From Myxococcota bacterium (GTDB taxonomy: Bacteria > Myxococcota_A > Polyangia > JAAYKL01): a stretch of 43,958 nt of DNA. Of this stretch, positions 25,728 through 36,500 are shown piece after piece. A program made the translations under genes and the position numbers. The DNA is taken from NCBI GenBank assembly GCA_025453525.1, contig JALOQD010000029.1:1-43958 (forward strand), given 5' to 3'. The notes beneath the pieces are model-generated. The model was not told the origin of the DNA and did not search any database. It was given only the letters and a program-made list of their open reading frames with translations. The stretch's first letter is position 1; each line of letters begins with the position of its first letter.

Positions 25728-26603
25728 ATGAAAGGCATCATTCTAGCCGGCGGTTCAGGCACGCGCCTTCATCCCATGACCAAGGCGGTCTCCAAGCAAC
25801 TCTTGTCTGTCTACGACAAGCCCATGGTCTACTATCCGTTGTCCACGCTGCTGCTCGCCGGCATCCGGGACATCTTGGTGATTTCCACGCCGTTCGATCT
25901 CCCCATGTTCAGGCATCTGCTCGGTGACGGCTCTGATCTCGGCGTGTCGTTTTCCTACGCAGAACAACCGCGCCCCGAGGGCCTCGCCCAGGCGTTCATC
26001 CTCGGTCGCGATTTCGTGGGCACAAGCGACGTCGCCATGATTCTCGGCGACAACATCTTCTTCGGCCAAGGCCTAGGAACGGCTCTGCGAGATGCCCGCT
26101 GCCGCAATCGCGGCGCCACGGTGTTTCTGTACTGGGTCAAAGACCCACAGCGCTACGGCGTGGCCGAGGTCGATGCGAACAAGAGGGTCACGAGCCTCGA
26201 AGAGAAGCCGCCTGCGCCAAGGAGCAACTGGGCGGTGACAGGTCTCTACTTCTATGACAACCAGGTGCTGGACATCGCCAAGAACCTGAGGCCCAGCAAG
26301 CGCGGCGAGCTCGAGATCACCGACGTCAACAAAACCTACCTCGAGATGAACGCCCTAGAGGCCGAGCTCCTCGGCCGCGGCACCGCCTGGCTCGACACCG
26401 GGACCGCAGACTCCATGCTGCAAGCCTCCAACTTCGTCGAGACCGTACAGAGCCGCCAGGGAATGATGATCTCCTGCATCGAAGAGGTCGCGCTGCGCAT
26501 GGGCAACATCGGTCTCGAGCAGTTGAGCCGGCTGGCCGAGGGCTATGGCAAGAGCACTTACGGCGACTACTTGCGAGAGCTGGTGAAGCAGGAGTCGCGA
26601 TGA
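25728..26603 (+). CDS. rfbA: glucose-1-phosphate thymidylyltransferase
   Basis: [53 protein letters not shown] is the canonical RmlA N-terminus, and ~291 aa fits. The track start at 25575 lies inside the repeat cluster. Confidence 0.95.
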   Translation: MKGIILAGGSGTRLHPMTKAVSKQLLSVYDKPMVYYPLSTLLLAGIRDILVISTPFDLPMFRHLLGDGSDLGVSFSYAEQPRPEGLAQAFILGRDFVGTSDVAMILGDNIFFGQGLGTALRDARCRNRGATVFLYWVKDPQRYGVAEVDANKRVTSLEEKPPAPRSNWAVTGLYFYDNQVLDIAKNLRPSKRGELEITDVNKTYLEMNALEAELLGRGTAWLDTGTADSMLQASNFVETVQSRQGMMISCIEEVALRMGNIGLEQLSRLAEGYGKSTYGDYLRELVKQESR

Positions 26604-27172
26604 GAGTGACACCACTGGCCATTTCGGAAGTGCTTCTCGTGGAGCCGGACGTATTCGAGGACAGCCGAGGCCTTTTCGCCGAGACTTACTCGACGCGCCG
26701 CTATCGTGAGCTCGGCATTGACTGCGAGTTCGTGCAAGATAATCTCTCGTTCTCGCGAGCCGGCACGCTACGCGGCCTGCACTACCAAATAGCACAGGAA
26801 CAAGCCAAGCTCGTGACCGTACTTCGGGGCAGAGTCTTCGACGTAGCCGTCGATATCCGAAGGGGCTCACCGACGTTCGGACAGCACGTCTCGTACGAGC
26901 TCTCGGCCGATGGCCTCAAACAACTGTACATCCCGTGTGGTTTTGCCCATGGCTTCGTGGCGCTCGAAGACAGCATTTTCCAATACAAATGCTCGGCGTT
27001 CTTCGCGCCCCAATTCGAGCGCGGCCTCGTCTGGGACGACCCAGCGCTCGCCATTGCTTGGCCGATGATGCCGACAGAAGTCTCGGACAAAGATCGCAAG
27101 CACAGAAGGCTGAGAGACATTCCCCCTGATGAATTGCCGTGTTTGGGTAAAGCCAGAGGAACCCATGCCTGA
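26600..27172 (+). CDS. rfbC: dTDP-4-dehydrorhamnose 3,5-epimerase
   Basis: ATGA overlap with rfbA. The RmlC pattern is [10 protein letters not shown]...[18 protein letters not shown]...[18 protein letters not shown]...IPCGFAHGF. Confidence 0.9.
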   Translation: MRVTPLAISEVLLVEPDVFEDSRGLFAETYSTRRYRELGIDCEFVQDNLSFSRAGTLRGLHYQIAQEQAKLVTVLRGRVFDVAVDIRRGSPTFGQHVSYELSADGLKQLYIPCGFAHGFVALEDSIFQYKCSAFFAPQFERGLVWDDPALAIAWPMMPTEVSDKDRKHRRLRDIPPDELPCLGKARGTHA

Positions 27173-28265
27173 TCTGCACCCGCAGCGCATCCTGGTCACC
27201 GGCGGCGCAGGGTTCATCGGGAGCAATCTCGTGTACTTCCTCATCGATGAGCTCGGCGCGGAGGTCGCGAACATCGACAAGCTGACCTACGCGGGCAACC
27301 TGGCCTCGCTCGAGCGGGTCATGCAGAATCCGCGACACCAGTTTCATCGCGTGGATATTTGCGACCGTCCCGCACTGCGCGCAGTGTTCGAAGCCGTGAG
27401 GCCCGAGGCCGTGCTGCACCTGGCCGCGGAGTCCCACGTCGATCGCTCCATCGAGTCACCGGGAGATTTCATACAGACCAACGTGGTCGGTACGTTTTGT
27501 CTGCTCGAAGAGACGCGCCACTACTGGGCCAGCTTGCCTGCCGCTGAAAAAGAGACGTTCCGCTTTCTCGGCGTCTCGACCGACGAGGTCTACGGCTCAT
27601 TGGGCCCCACGGGCAAGTTCACCGAGCAGACGCCCTACGATCCCAGCTCGCCCTACTCGGCGAGCAAGGCCGGAGCCGATCACCTGCTGCGCGCCTACCA
27701 CCGCACCTACGGCCTGCCCACGCTGGTGACCAACTGTTCCAACAACTACGGGCCCTACCAGTTCCCGGAAAAACTCATCCCGCTGATGATCCTCAATGCT
27801 CTCGCGGGCAAACCGCTGCCGGTCTACGGCAAGGGCGAGAACGTCCGCGACTGGCTCTACGTCGGCGACCATGTGCGGGCTCTGTGGACCGTGCTCACCA
27901 GAGGCGCCGTCGGCGAGACCTACAACATCGGCGGCAATGAGGAGCGAAAAAACCTCGAGGTGGTCACGACGATCTGCCACGAGCTCGAGACGCTGCGGCC
28001 CAGAGGCGCCGGAAGCTACGATGCACTCATCACGTTCGTAAAGGACCGACCAGGACACGACTTCCGCTACGCCATCGACGCCGGCAAGCTGGAGCGCGAG
28101 CTCGAGTGGAAGCCCAAGCGCAGTTTCGAGGCTGGCATTCGAGAAACCGTGAGCTGGTATCTTCAGAATGACGAGTGGGTGAGGTCTACGACGAACAGCG
28201 AGTGTCGAAGCTGGACCGAGAGCCACTACAGCAATCGTGCGCCGCTAGCGCCGAGGCTCGAGTAG
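27165..28265 (+). CDS. rfbB: dTDP-glucose 4,6-dehydratase
   Basis: From the ATG at 27165 the sequence runs [21 protein letters not shown]...STDEVYG...[11 protein letters not shown]. It has the SDR extended-family GxxGxxG and YxxxK motifs, with an 8-nt overlap onto the rfbC end. Confidence 0.95.
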   Translation: MPDLHPQRILVTGGAGFIGSNLVYFLIDELGAEVANIDKLTYAGNLASLERVMQNPRHQFHRVDICDRPALRAVFEAVRPEAVLHLAAESHVDRSIESPGDFIQTNVVGTFCLLEETRHYWASLPAAEKETFRFLGVSTDEVYGSLGPTGKFTEQTPYDPSSPYSASKAGADHLLRAYHRTYGLPTLVTNCSNNYGPYQFPEKLIPLMILNALAGKPLPVYGKGENVRDWLYVGDHVRALWTVLTRGAVGETYNIGGNEERKNLEVVTTICHELETLRPRGAGSYDALITFVKDRPGHDFRYAIDAGKLERELEWKPKRSFEAGIRETVSWYLQNDEWVRSTTNSECRSWTESHYSNRAPLAPRLE

Positions 28266-28315
28266 GCTAAATTCGCTCGCAGAGGGCGAAATGCACGCCA
28301 TGAATCAGTCGGAGA

Positions 28316-28340
28316 AACGCCGCATATGCGTTCATTTTTT
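28316..28340 (+). terminator. weak terminator-like hairpin after rfbB
   Basis: AACGC (28316-20), a 7-nt loop, GCGTT (28328-32), then CATTTTTT. The T-run overlaps the last codons of the convergent methyltransferase gene. The stem is short. Confidence 0.25.
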
Positions 28341-29492
28341 GTTCCCGGTGGTCACAAGGTAGCGGTAGCTGAGATAGGCCGGGCCTGCCGCACTGCTCGG
28401 TTGCACATCGATCACAAGCCCGCCCGCTGCCTCGATGATCTGAACGACATCGTTCCTTGAGACGCAGTGCATTTCCATGTGCGGCGTGTCGATTTCCGCT
28501 GGCTCATCGACCTTCGGGACCACCGTCCTTCGGAGTTCCTCGGTGGGAACGGCCTCAGCCAATCCGGCGACGCACACAATGATACGAAGCGTGTCGGAGC
28601 CCGACTGCCCGAACCACGCCACATGTTCCTGCACCATGTCGAGTTCGAGGATATAGGTGCCCGGGGTCTTCGGCACCTCAACGGTTATCGAAATCAGCAC
28701 GGTCTCGCCTGGGGCAATATCCTTGGGAATCGGCGTGCGGCCGTCATCAAACCGGATTAGTCGCTGGTCCGCGTCGTACCAATGGTTGCCGAGTTGAATG
28801 AGATAGCGACCGTCGCCAGCATGACCTTTGCGCCAGATCTCCATGCTGTCATTGCGGACGTTCACCAAAATGTCAAATGAGGCTCCTGGAGAAGCGGACA
28901 TCGACATGGTTTCGGCGCTTAGAGCTGCGCGGAACGCCTGACGGTGCAATTGCTCGACTTTGGCGCGACCGTCGTTCGATTCCGCGAGCTGCGCAGGAAC
29001 CTGAAACAGCGCGTAACCGCCTCCCGCAATCAGGCGCACAAAATCACGCATGTACTGCCGACTGTACACGGGCGCCATATGCTGTAACACGATGTTCGAG
29101 TAAATAAAATCGAACTCCCCGTCAGGGAAAGCCGATAGATCCGGCGCAGTGTTCAGCCGGTACTCGCAACGGTCACCGTAGAGGTTAAAACGGTTGGCGA
29201 GTTGGATCATCGACGGCGCGATATCCACGCCGACGCAGCGATCGAAGTGCGCGCACAGAGCCTGCGTGAGTCGGCCGACGCCGCAGCCAAAGTCGAGGGC
29301 CAGGCGGGTTCTGTAGCCTGGCACGGTTTTGTCCAGGTAGGTCTGGACACCGCGGACTTCCTCGACGCCAGAGTTGAAGAACTCCCCGACATCCCAACGA
29401 CCACCCCGTTTACCCGGTGCGGTCAGAATGGCCCATAGTGGATCTTTCTTTCCAAACGAATCCCAGTGGCGTTTCAATTCTTCAATCTGCAT
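28332..29492 (-). CDS. class I SAM-dependent methyltransferase with C-terminal beta-rich domain of unknown function
   Basis: AAGGAAGG RBS. The N-terminus has WDSFGKKDPLWAIL, motif I is ALDFGCGVGRLT, and SNIVLQHM follows. The C-terminal ~180 aa (...GTYILELDMVQEHVAWFGQ...) looks like a non-catalytic beta-sandwich-type module. Confidence 0.8.
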   Translation of the reverse strand: MQIEELKRHWDSFGKKDPLWAILTAPGKRGGRWDVGEFFNSGVEEVRGVQTYLDKTVPGYRTRLALDFGCGVGRLTQALCAHFDRCVGVDIAPSMIQLANRFNLYGDRCEYRLNTAPDLSAFPDGEFDFIYSNIVLQHMAPVYSRQYMRDFVRLIAGGGYALFQVPAQLAESNDGRAKVEQLHRQAFRAALSAETMSMSASPGASFDILVNVRNDSMEIWRKGHAGDGRYLIQLGNHWYDADQRLIRFDDGRTPIPKDIAPGETVLISITVEVPKTPGTYILELDMVQEHVAWFGQSGSDTLRIIVCVAGLAEAVPTEELRRTVVPKVDEPAEIDTPHMEMHCVSRNDVVQIIEAAGGLVIDVQPSSAAGPAYLSYRYLVTTGNKK

Positions 29493-29544
29493 AGGTGCCT
29501 TCCTTGTTCTGGACGAAACGGGTCAGGCCCGTACCGCCTGCAGT

Positions 29545-30882
29545 TTAAAGATACGCAATGTCGACTCCTAGACGCCGCGTGTCGTTGCCGATCCCCGACT
29601 CCGCCGGACACCAGTCATCGCTCAACGAAAATGAGTAGCGGAGTAGCTGGCCGGCGTACCGGGACGGTGTTTTGAGCGTGAAATCGATTCGATCGCGAAA
29701 CGAGCATTCCCCGAAGGGCTCTCCGAAAAGATCGACTTTCATCGTGATCTCGTTGCCCGCAGGATTAGGATTGCACAGCACGAGCCGCGCATCTTCGAAG
29801 CGATCCTGTAACAGTAACTCGAATTCCCGCTGCGTCCACAAGTGGTTCTCAGCCCCTCCGAACTCGAACGGGTATAGCCCCTTGTGATAGTAGGTCTGCA
29901 ATTCGCTGCGGGCCGCGCGGAAGCGGGAGAGCATGGAAGTGCCGTGGGCGATGGTCTCGTCGGGTACGCCACATTTCGCGCACAGCGAATGCCGGGCTTG
30001 ATTTCCTTCGATGTGCATCTGGCGGAACTCCTGCATAAGTGCGCCGTTCCACACCTCGGCTATGCTCTGGCGAGTCAGCTCGCCGAGGACGGCTTTGTAG
30101 TCGAAATCGTTGTGGCAGGGCAGCACCTTCCCATCAAATCCAATGACCAGGGTTTTCCAGGGTTCAGCGCAAATTCTGCCATCGGTTTCTCCGCTGCGCT
30201 CTGCCCCGAGCGCCTTCGCGTTTGCGTACTGGCCCGCGTAGTCGTCGAGGTGCTTGACCACCGGGTGTACGCCCGGGATTCCACGGAAACGGGCCTCGAA
30301 ACGCCCGATGTCGTACGCGTTCTCCGTCATGCGGATCATTTGGACAGCAACGCTTAGTGTGCTGTCACCCGCTCGCGCAAAGCACTCAATGAAGTTTTCA
30401 AGATTACGTATCACCTGCGTGAAGTTGCCGCCGCGGCGAATTCGCTCGTAGGTGCTCCCCTCGAGGGAATCAACGCTGATGATGAGCAGACCGAGTTTTG
30501 AGGCAATGAATGCCTCCGTTGCCGCCATGTCGAGGAGGGTCGCGTTTGTCGACATGGCCACGGTGATGCCCTTTCCCGATGCGTATTCGATCAGCTCGAA
30601 GAGTCGATCGTTCAGAAGTGGCTCTCCGAAGAAGTGCAGATAGATGAACTCGGTGTGGAAGGCCACCTGATCGATGATGTCGCGGAACAGGGCGGGATCC
30701 ATAGCGCCCGTGCGACGGGACATAGTGACGCGTGGACACATGATGCATTCGAGGTTGCAGCGGTTGGTGGACTCTATCACCAGGCAGGCGGGAAGCGCGC
30801 CGACGGTGAGGCTCCGAGACAAGTACGCCTCCAACAGCGTCTGCTGCCGCGCGTCGAGAAATCCTGGAAACTTCACATTCAT
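29545..30882 (-). CDS. radical SAM / SPASM(twitch)-type domain protein with ~110-aa C-terminal extension
   Basis: The CX3CX2C cluster is ESTNRCNLECIMCPR. The auxiliary-cluster pattern is C-x12-G-x4-C (CAEPWKTLVIGFDGKVLPC) plus a later CAKCG. The C-terminal tail ends ...GIGNDTRRLGVDIAYL. Confidence 0.85.
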   Translation of the reverse strand: MNVKFPGFLDARQQTLLEAYLSRSLTVGALPACLVIESTNRCNLECIMCPRVTMSRRTGAMDPALFRDIIDQVAFHTEFIYLHFFGEPLLNDRLFELIEYASGKGITVAMSTNATLLDMAATEAFIASKLGLLIISVDSLEGSTYERIRRGGNFTQVIRNLENFIECFARAGDSTLSVAVQMIRMTENAYDIGRFEARFRGIPGVHPVVKHLDDYAGQYANAKALGAERSGETDGRICAEPWKTLVIGFDGKVLPCHNDFDYKAVLGELTRQSIAEVWNGALMQEFRQMHIEGNQARHSLCAKCGVPDETIAHGTSMLSRFRAARSELQTYYHKGLYPFEFGGAENHLWTQREFELLLQDRFEDARLVLCNPNPAGNEITMKVDLFGEPFGECSFRDRIDFTLKTPSRYAGQLLRYSFSLSDDWCPAESGIGNDTRRLGVDIAYL

Positions 30883-30888
30883 GGCCGT

Positions 30889-33525
30889 TCACGCTCCAAT
30901 CAACAAGAACGGGTTTTCGAAGAAGAGAACCCCGTGTTCCCGAAAAAAAGACTCGGTTCGGTACCAGTATGTGCTTCGCATGCAAGCGGTGCAGGCGTCG
31001 GGGATCTTTTCGTCGAATTTCCACAGCCGTCGGTTCTTCTCGCTGTTGAAAATGTCGCTCAGGGATAACTCCCGCACGTTTCCTAGGTAGTGCTCGTCGG
31101 GAATGTCCGCGTGGTGCTTGCAGAAGGAGACGTCGCCGTTCGCGTAGACCTGCAATTCCATCATAGGAAAGAAACACTGCTGCGTCGGAGCAACAGCCTT
31201 ACGGTGCCAGTGGATATTGCCCCCGTTGTAGCGGTTAGACGCACCGTTCCAGTCACAATACTCGTGGTCCGATCCAAAGGGCAGTACGCGCCCAATGTGC
31301 CGCATCATCCATTCTTCGAACACCACGTCCGGCTTCGGCGCCAGAACCCGGAAACCGATTTTGAGACGCGACGGATCGCGCGTAAGCCTCACGAGCCGTT
31401 GGATGCTGCGGACTGCCCGCTCGAAGTCATTGCGACGTGTGAGGTGTAGATGCTCCTGCTGATCGAGACCATAGATCGAAATCTGCACTTTTGCGACGCG
31501 GGCCATCACTTCGGCGAGATCGTCGTCGCTAAGCAGATCAGAAGGGATCGCGTTTGTCGTGAAGCTCACCGAGTGGATCGCCGGATACCGCTCTATAAGT
31601 TCGAGCCGCTCGCGTAGTCGGCGATCGAGAAAGACCTCACCGACGACAGGCGTGAGCGATAGAAAGCCGCCGCCCATCGCGCTGTAGTCGCGGAGCACCT
31701 TCTCGAAGGTCGAGAGGGACATGATCTCCTTTGGACGGCGCATGACCGCACGCGTGCAGATTACGCAGTCGTTACAGCACATGTTCACTGTCTCGCAAAT
31801 CACCATCACGGGCCGGCTTAACACCGTGCCGTTGCTACCCAACGGCGTATAGAAGAGGTACGGTGCATATATCGGATCAGAGAGCAATGCGTGGGATTCA
31901 TACACATTAACGACGTCAACCCCAGTGTGGTCCTGCCTATCGGAGAATGGGTAACTGGTGGTGCACATAAGGGGCTCTTCGACCGAGTGCGAGTCCACTT
32001 TCGTACCGTGCGAATAGGAAATGAAGTGAATGGAGTAGCGAGTCGTTTCACAGAAATTGCCAACCCAGGAGGATTCTGCAGGCTCGCCGTTGATCAAAAC
32101 CGACTTCGAAGCGCTGTCCAGGAGGACATGGATTTCTCGCTTCTCACCTATCGGAATGGAAAGTTTCTTGTTCCAGTAGCCGAAGTGCCTGTCGGGATGA
32201 GCTGGAGCGTCTTTAGGGTAAATGTCCAGTGAGAGTTCATCGATATTAACGTTGCTCGCGTTGGTTAAAGTTAAGTCGAAGGTCTTCAACCAGGGCTTAT
32301 CGGAGTCGCATGGTTTGAGTGCTTCGCTCTGTTTAGGTGTCACACGGCAAGTGGGGCGGGCATCGACGGATTTGTCGTTTCGGCCGAAGGGATAGCGTTT
32401 TGAGCGTTCGATTCTCGCCTCTCGGATTGGCTTGGAGAAAAATTGATCGTCAAGAAAGTCGAGGTTCTTTGCCTTTGAAGCGTAAATCAAAACATAAAAC
32501 GGGAAGGAAAAGGACTTAAATTGGAAGGAGGCCATGGCATGGTAGAAAGGTGCAAATGGGGGGTTGTCCTGTCCATCGTATTTTTGAGGCATCGGGTAGT
32601 GCGAGCGTATCAGGTTTTTATCAAAGGAATCGGGTATGGCTGTCGGGTCGATGAGAAAGTAGGGAAACATCTTGATATGGGCGAATCCCGCACTGTGGAA
32701 CATTTCGTAAAAGTCCGTAAAATGGTAGCTCGATTTTCGGATCGAATGGTTGATGCGATCTTCGGTTTCCACGGTATTGACTTGTTGATCCACACTGAAA
32801 TTGACAATAGGTTCGACGGAGCAGAAGACGCCTTCGTCCTTGATGATTGTAGAAAGGCTGTCGAGGGCTCTCTGCAAGTTGGCGTAGTGGTGGAGTGTCA
32901 TGCTTGAATAGATGAGGTCGACGGAGGAGGGGGCTAGGAACTGGGTCTCGGCGTCTGCGATGATCCTTTCGAAATAAACATGGTATCGCTCGAAGAAGAC
33001 ACGCTTCGCGAGGCCTAACCCGTATTTATTTGAACGCACGATGTCGTTGGATATCGCTTTTATGTTGGGGAGATTCAATGAAAAGTGTTTTGTGGTCCAC
33101 CCGGTTTGCGTGCCGAGGTCGAGGAGGACGGGATGGTCCTTGTTTAGCAACATCTCCGAAATGAGGTCCATGTTCCAGGACAACACTCGCTGTTCGATTT
33201 TCCAGCATCGATTCTCGTCGAAGCCGCCAGAAGAAATGTCGAAGACGCGCGAGGGCGCGGGGAGCTCATCGAAATGGTCATCGCCGAGGCCGAGCTTGGA
33301 GAGTTTTGCTTCCCATCCGGCCGCTTCCTTTTGGACGCCTTCGCAGTCAGGAGAGGCTCCGAGCATATTGACCATTCCATCTTGGATTTCATAGCGGCTG
33401 TCGCATTTATCACATTTCAGTGCGCCTTCGCAGATCTCCCAGCAGTCTCTTTGAACGGGCTCCAGGAGGGTCAGAAAGGAATGACATCTCGGGCAGCACA
33501 TCAGATTTAAGGCTTGGTCTTTCAT
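30889..33525 (-). CDS. 878-aa multidomain protein: Trm112-like zinc ribbon + SAM methyltransferase + unknown middle domain + radical SAM/SPASM-type domain
   Basis: N-terminal zinc ribbon CCPRCHS...KCDKCDSRYEIQDGMVNML (Trm112p-like). The MTase-like region is VLLDLGTQTGW...IYSSMTLHH. The C-terminal radical SAM has CX3CX2C (MCCNDCVIC) and C-x12-G-x4-C (CFFPMMELQVYANGDVSFC) plus CTAC. The ATG overlaps the stop of the upstream gene (TCAT at 33522-33525). Confidence 0.8.
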   Translation of the reverse strand: MKDQALNLMCCPRCHSFLTLLEPVQRDCWEICEGALKCDKCDSRYEIQDGMVNMLGASPDCEGVQKEAAGWEAKLSKLGLGDDHFDELPAPSRVFDISSGGFDENRCWKIEQRVLSWNMDLISEMLLNKDHPVLLDLGTQTGWTTKHFSLNLPNIKAISNDIVRSNKYGLGLAKRVFFERYHVYFERIIADAETQFLAPSSVDLIYSSMTLHHYANLQRALDSLSTIIKDEGVFCSVEPIVNFSVDQQVNTVETEDRINHSIRKSSYHFTDFYEMFHSAGFAHIKMFPYFLIDPTAIPDSFDKNLIRSHYPMPQKYDGQDNPPFAPFYHAMASFQFKSFSFPFYVLIYASKAKNLDFLDDQFFSKPIREARIERSKRYPFGRNDKSVDARPTCRVTPKQSEALKPCDSDKPWLKTFDLTLTNASNVNIDELSLDIYPKDAPAHPDRHFGYWNKKLSIPIGEKREIHVLLDSASKSVLINGEPAESSWVGNFCETTRYSIHFISYSHGTKVDSHSVEEPLMCTTSYPFSDRQDHTGVDVVNVYESHALLSDPIYAPYLFYTPLGSNGTVLSRPVMVICETVNMCCNDCVICTRAVMRRPKEIMSLSTFEKVLRDYSAMGGGFLSLTPVVGEVFLDRRLRERLELIERYPAIHSVSFTTNAIPSDLLSDDDLAEVMARVAKVQISIYGLDQQEHLHLTRRNDFERAVRSIQRLVRLTRDPSRLKIGFRVLAPKPDVVFEEWMMRHIGRVLPFGSDHEYCDWNGASNRYNGGNIHWHRKAVAPTQQCFFPMMELQVYANGDVSFCKHHADIPDEHYLGNVRELSLSDIFNSEKNRRLWKFDEKIPDACTACMRSTYWYRTESFFREHGVLFFENPFLLIGA

Positions 33526-36500
33526 TTATTTGATCCCTTTTTTTTGTGTCGGGACTTCTGAGACATCACCAGCGAAGGTAAACGAGACGTAGGAGCGATC
33601 CTACCCTTTGCGTGATACTCGAGCAGAAGGCTGCGAACCTCAGGAGAAAGGAACGGGTGCGCTTCCAGACACCTAGAAGAAACGTGATACAGGTCTTCCA
33701 ATAAGCCACGGCGTTGGAGCAGAAGGCATAGGAAGAGGCAAAACCGTGGATTGATGCCGGGGTGAAGATCTGTCGCCAGTCTTAAATAACGCTCGGATTC
33801 ATCAAGTTCGCCCTTTCGCAGAAGGGCTGTCCCGAGTATTGCTTGCATCATCGGATCTGTGGGAGAGTAGATCGGTTCGACAAGTGCAATCGCACGATCT
33901 GGATTCTTGTCAACGACAGCGAAAGCCTCGCCCATTGTTTTCTGGCGATCGAGAATCGCAGTCGCTTGCTGTGCTAGACGCTCAAAGTGCGCAGCTTTTT
34001 CCGGAGATGGGAGTCTCGCGAGAGACTCGGAGTAGTTTCTTTTGAGGCTATCCGCCTCCTTGTGCCAAGAAAAAGAATCGACGAGATCGCGAAGGTTCGT
34101 CTGTTTTGGGCGGAGCAGTGAGTTGAGGACAGCTTTGCGAATGGAGGATGGATCGGAAGGATCGCAATATTCAACCGATTCGCCGAGATAGTCCCGAATG
34201 GTTCCCCAGTCGCTCGCGACAATGTTGCAACCTTGCCAGGCGGCTTCCAGGGTTACGAGACCTGGAAGTTCATACCAGCTGGGTAGGGCGTGTACCTTCG
34301 CTGCGGCGTAAGCGGATAGGAGCAGTTCTTCCGAGAGGCGCCCTGTAATGAGCGTTTTTCCCTTACGGACAAAAGAGGCACACATCTGTTCATACTCGGG
34401 TTGGGGAGAGGGGCTGTTAACAAAAACGAGAGGGACGTCGTCTTCCTTGAGTGCGTATAGGAGCATGAGCTGGTTTTTACGGCTCTCTAGTCTTCCGACG
34501 CAGAGAACAAAGTTGCGTAGGCCGTAGGTGTTTATAAATAGGTCCGGTCCAATAGCAGAGGCGTCTTTGGGACGTGTGAAACCGAGCGGCAGGTTGACAA
34601 TGGGCGCGATGGTCGAATAGGACGAACGAATCGTGGAAGCTTCGGCATTGCCGCTTACAAAAATCGTCTCGGCTCCTTGGTAGGTGAAGTCCGCGAGAAC
34701 TGGGACAGTGCATGCGGAGTGCGACCCAATCGAAACGAGGCGAGACTCAAGGCGAGAACGATTGTGCGAAGTGAAAAACTCGCGGAAGGCATTGACTACG
34801 TCAATTGCTTTTTGCGAGTAGCGAGAAGTATCTTCATGCATTGGTGTAATGAAATAGGGCTTGCGCTGTTTTGCAGCGTTCAAGGCATAAAGTTCAAAAT
34901 GATTGAAAATATGAATGAAGTCATAGAAGGATAGGTCGGTTTGGCAGTCACAGCTGAAGTCGACGATAAGGTCTACGTCTTCAAGTTCTTTTTTAAGTCG
35001 GATCATGACCTCCGTGTCTCCCCCTGGAAGGACGAAGGCGTTTTCTCGCCCCTGGAAGAGAACTCTGGGCTGCCGCTTTGGTAAGGGCGTGTCACGAGGG
35101 GGTGAAAGCTGCGAAGCGAGGGAGATGCTCTCGAGGCGTTTCGCGATGGCGAGTGCCGCGTGCGTCCTTGTGAAGTTGTCGATGATGTGGCGGCGACCTC
35201 TGCGTCCTTTCTCTGCAGCCTCTTTTCTATTTTCAAAGACATGCCGCATGAGTTTTTTTGTGTGAGCGAGAGAAGGCTCAGCCCACTTGTGGCCGGCGTA
35301 GGACGGGTTGTCGCGGATTTGTTCGTCGGGGACATTGTCTAGGCGCGTAACATCGATAAGATACGAGTTGTCGTCGTTCATAAACTCGAGGTTGCCGCCC
35401 CACCTCGTGGCAATGACTGGGATCTCCATGAGCATGCTTTCGCACAAGGGCATGCCCCAACCTTCCCCCCGCGTCGGCAGCACAAAGACATCGCCTGTTT
35501 TATAGAGTCGCGGCATGTCGTCGGTGGGGATCATTTCCTTGATGAGCTCGATAGACGGAATCTCGTTGGAGGAGTATCCAAGTGTCGATATGTATGATGA
35601 GAGCTGCTCCTCGATAGGGATTCTGTTCGGCCCAATGACCCCGCCCCCCAAATAGGAGCGGATAAGGAGACAGGTCTTTTCCTTTTGGTCGAATTCTTCT
35701 AGGTAGGCACGGACTAGTACGTCCCAACCCTTGCGCGTGGTCCATTCGAAAACCGACAAAAATCTAAATTCCGCGTTTGGGGCGTAGGGAAGGGGCGTTG
35801 TTGATTCCGGACGGTAGCGCGACACATCGACCCCGTGAGGGATGACGTGGATTTTGCTGCTGTCTACGCCTGCACACGCGAAGGCATGAGCATTGAAGCG
35901 ACTCGGGACCCAGATTTCGTCCATCGTGTTGAGGGGTTCGACCCAGTCGTCTGGGATCCTATCGGTTTCAAAAGTCGTGTATGACACATAAGCGCTCATA
36001 CCGGGATTGACGCGTCTGAACTGCTCGATGAAGTTGCGACCGTCGGGAGCCGTTGGTGGGTGATGGAGAACATGGACTCCACCAAAGGGAAGGCAAGACA
36101 TTTCGCAGATACTGCGAACCGTCGCTTCGTCCGCTGGGGAGAAGACGCAGACATCTTCGATACTGCCATTGAACAGCGCGCGAGCTACGACCCCTCCGGT
36201 TTGCTGTGAGGCGGAGTCTGCGTTCATCACTTTGCAGTCACCCCAGATGGGCTTAGCGTTGATCCGAACTCCTATCTCGGCAAGGCCGGCGAGATATTCG
36301 CGCGCGGCGGAGGCGTACCCGCTGAATCCAAGGCAAGGTCCCTCCCATGTGAGTCTCAGATCGCCAAAGCGTTCGCGGATGTCCAAACTCGGAATTCCCT
36401 GGTCGTCCATATCAATGTCAGAGACGGAAAACAGATCACGGGAAACCGAGGGGACGGCTTTTGCGAGTAGGTTGGATTTATCGACGCCGTCATCGGTGAC

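Noticed and set aside
25343-25762. Four overlapping ORFs (139, 122, 99 and 82 aa) in the OCD-rfbA spacer
   Set aside because: All four are translations of the A/B/C palindromic repeat units. The same peptide strings recur in step with the DNA repeats.
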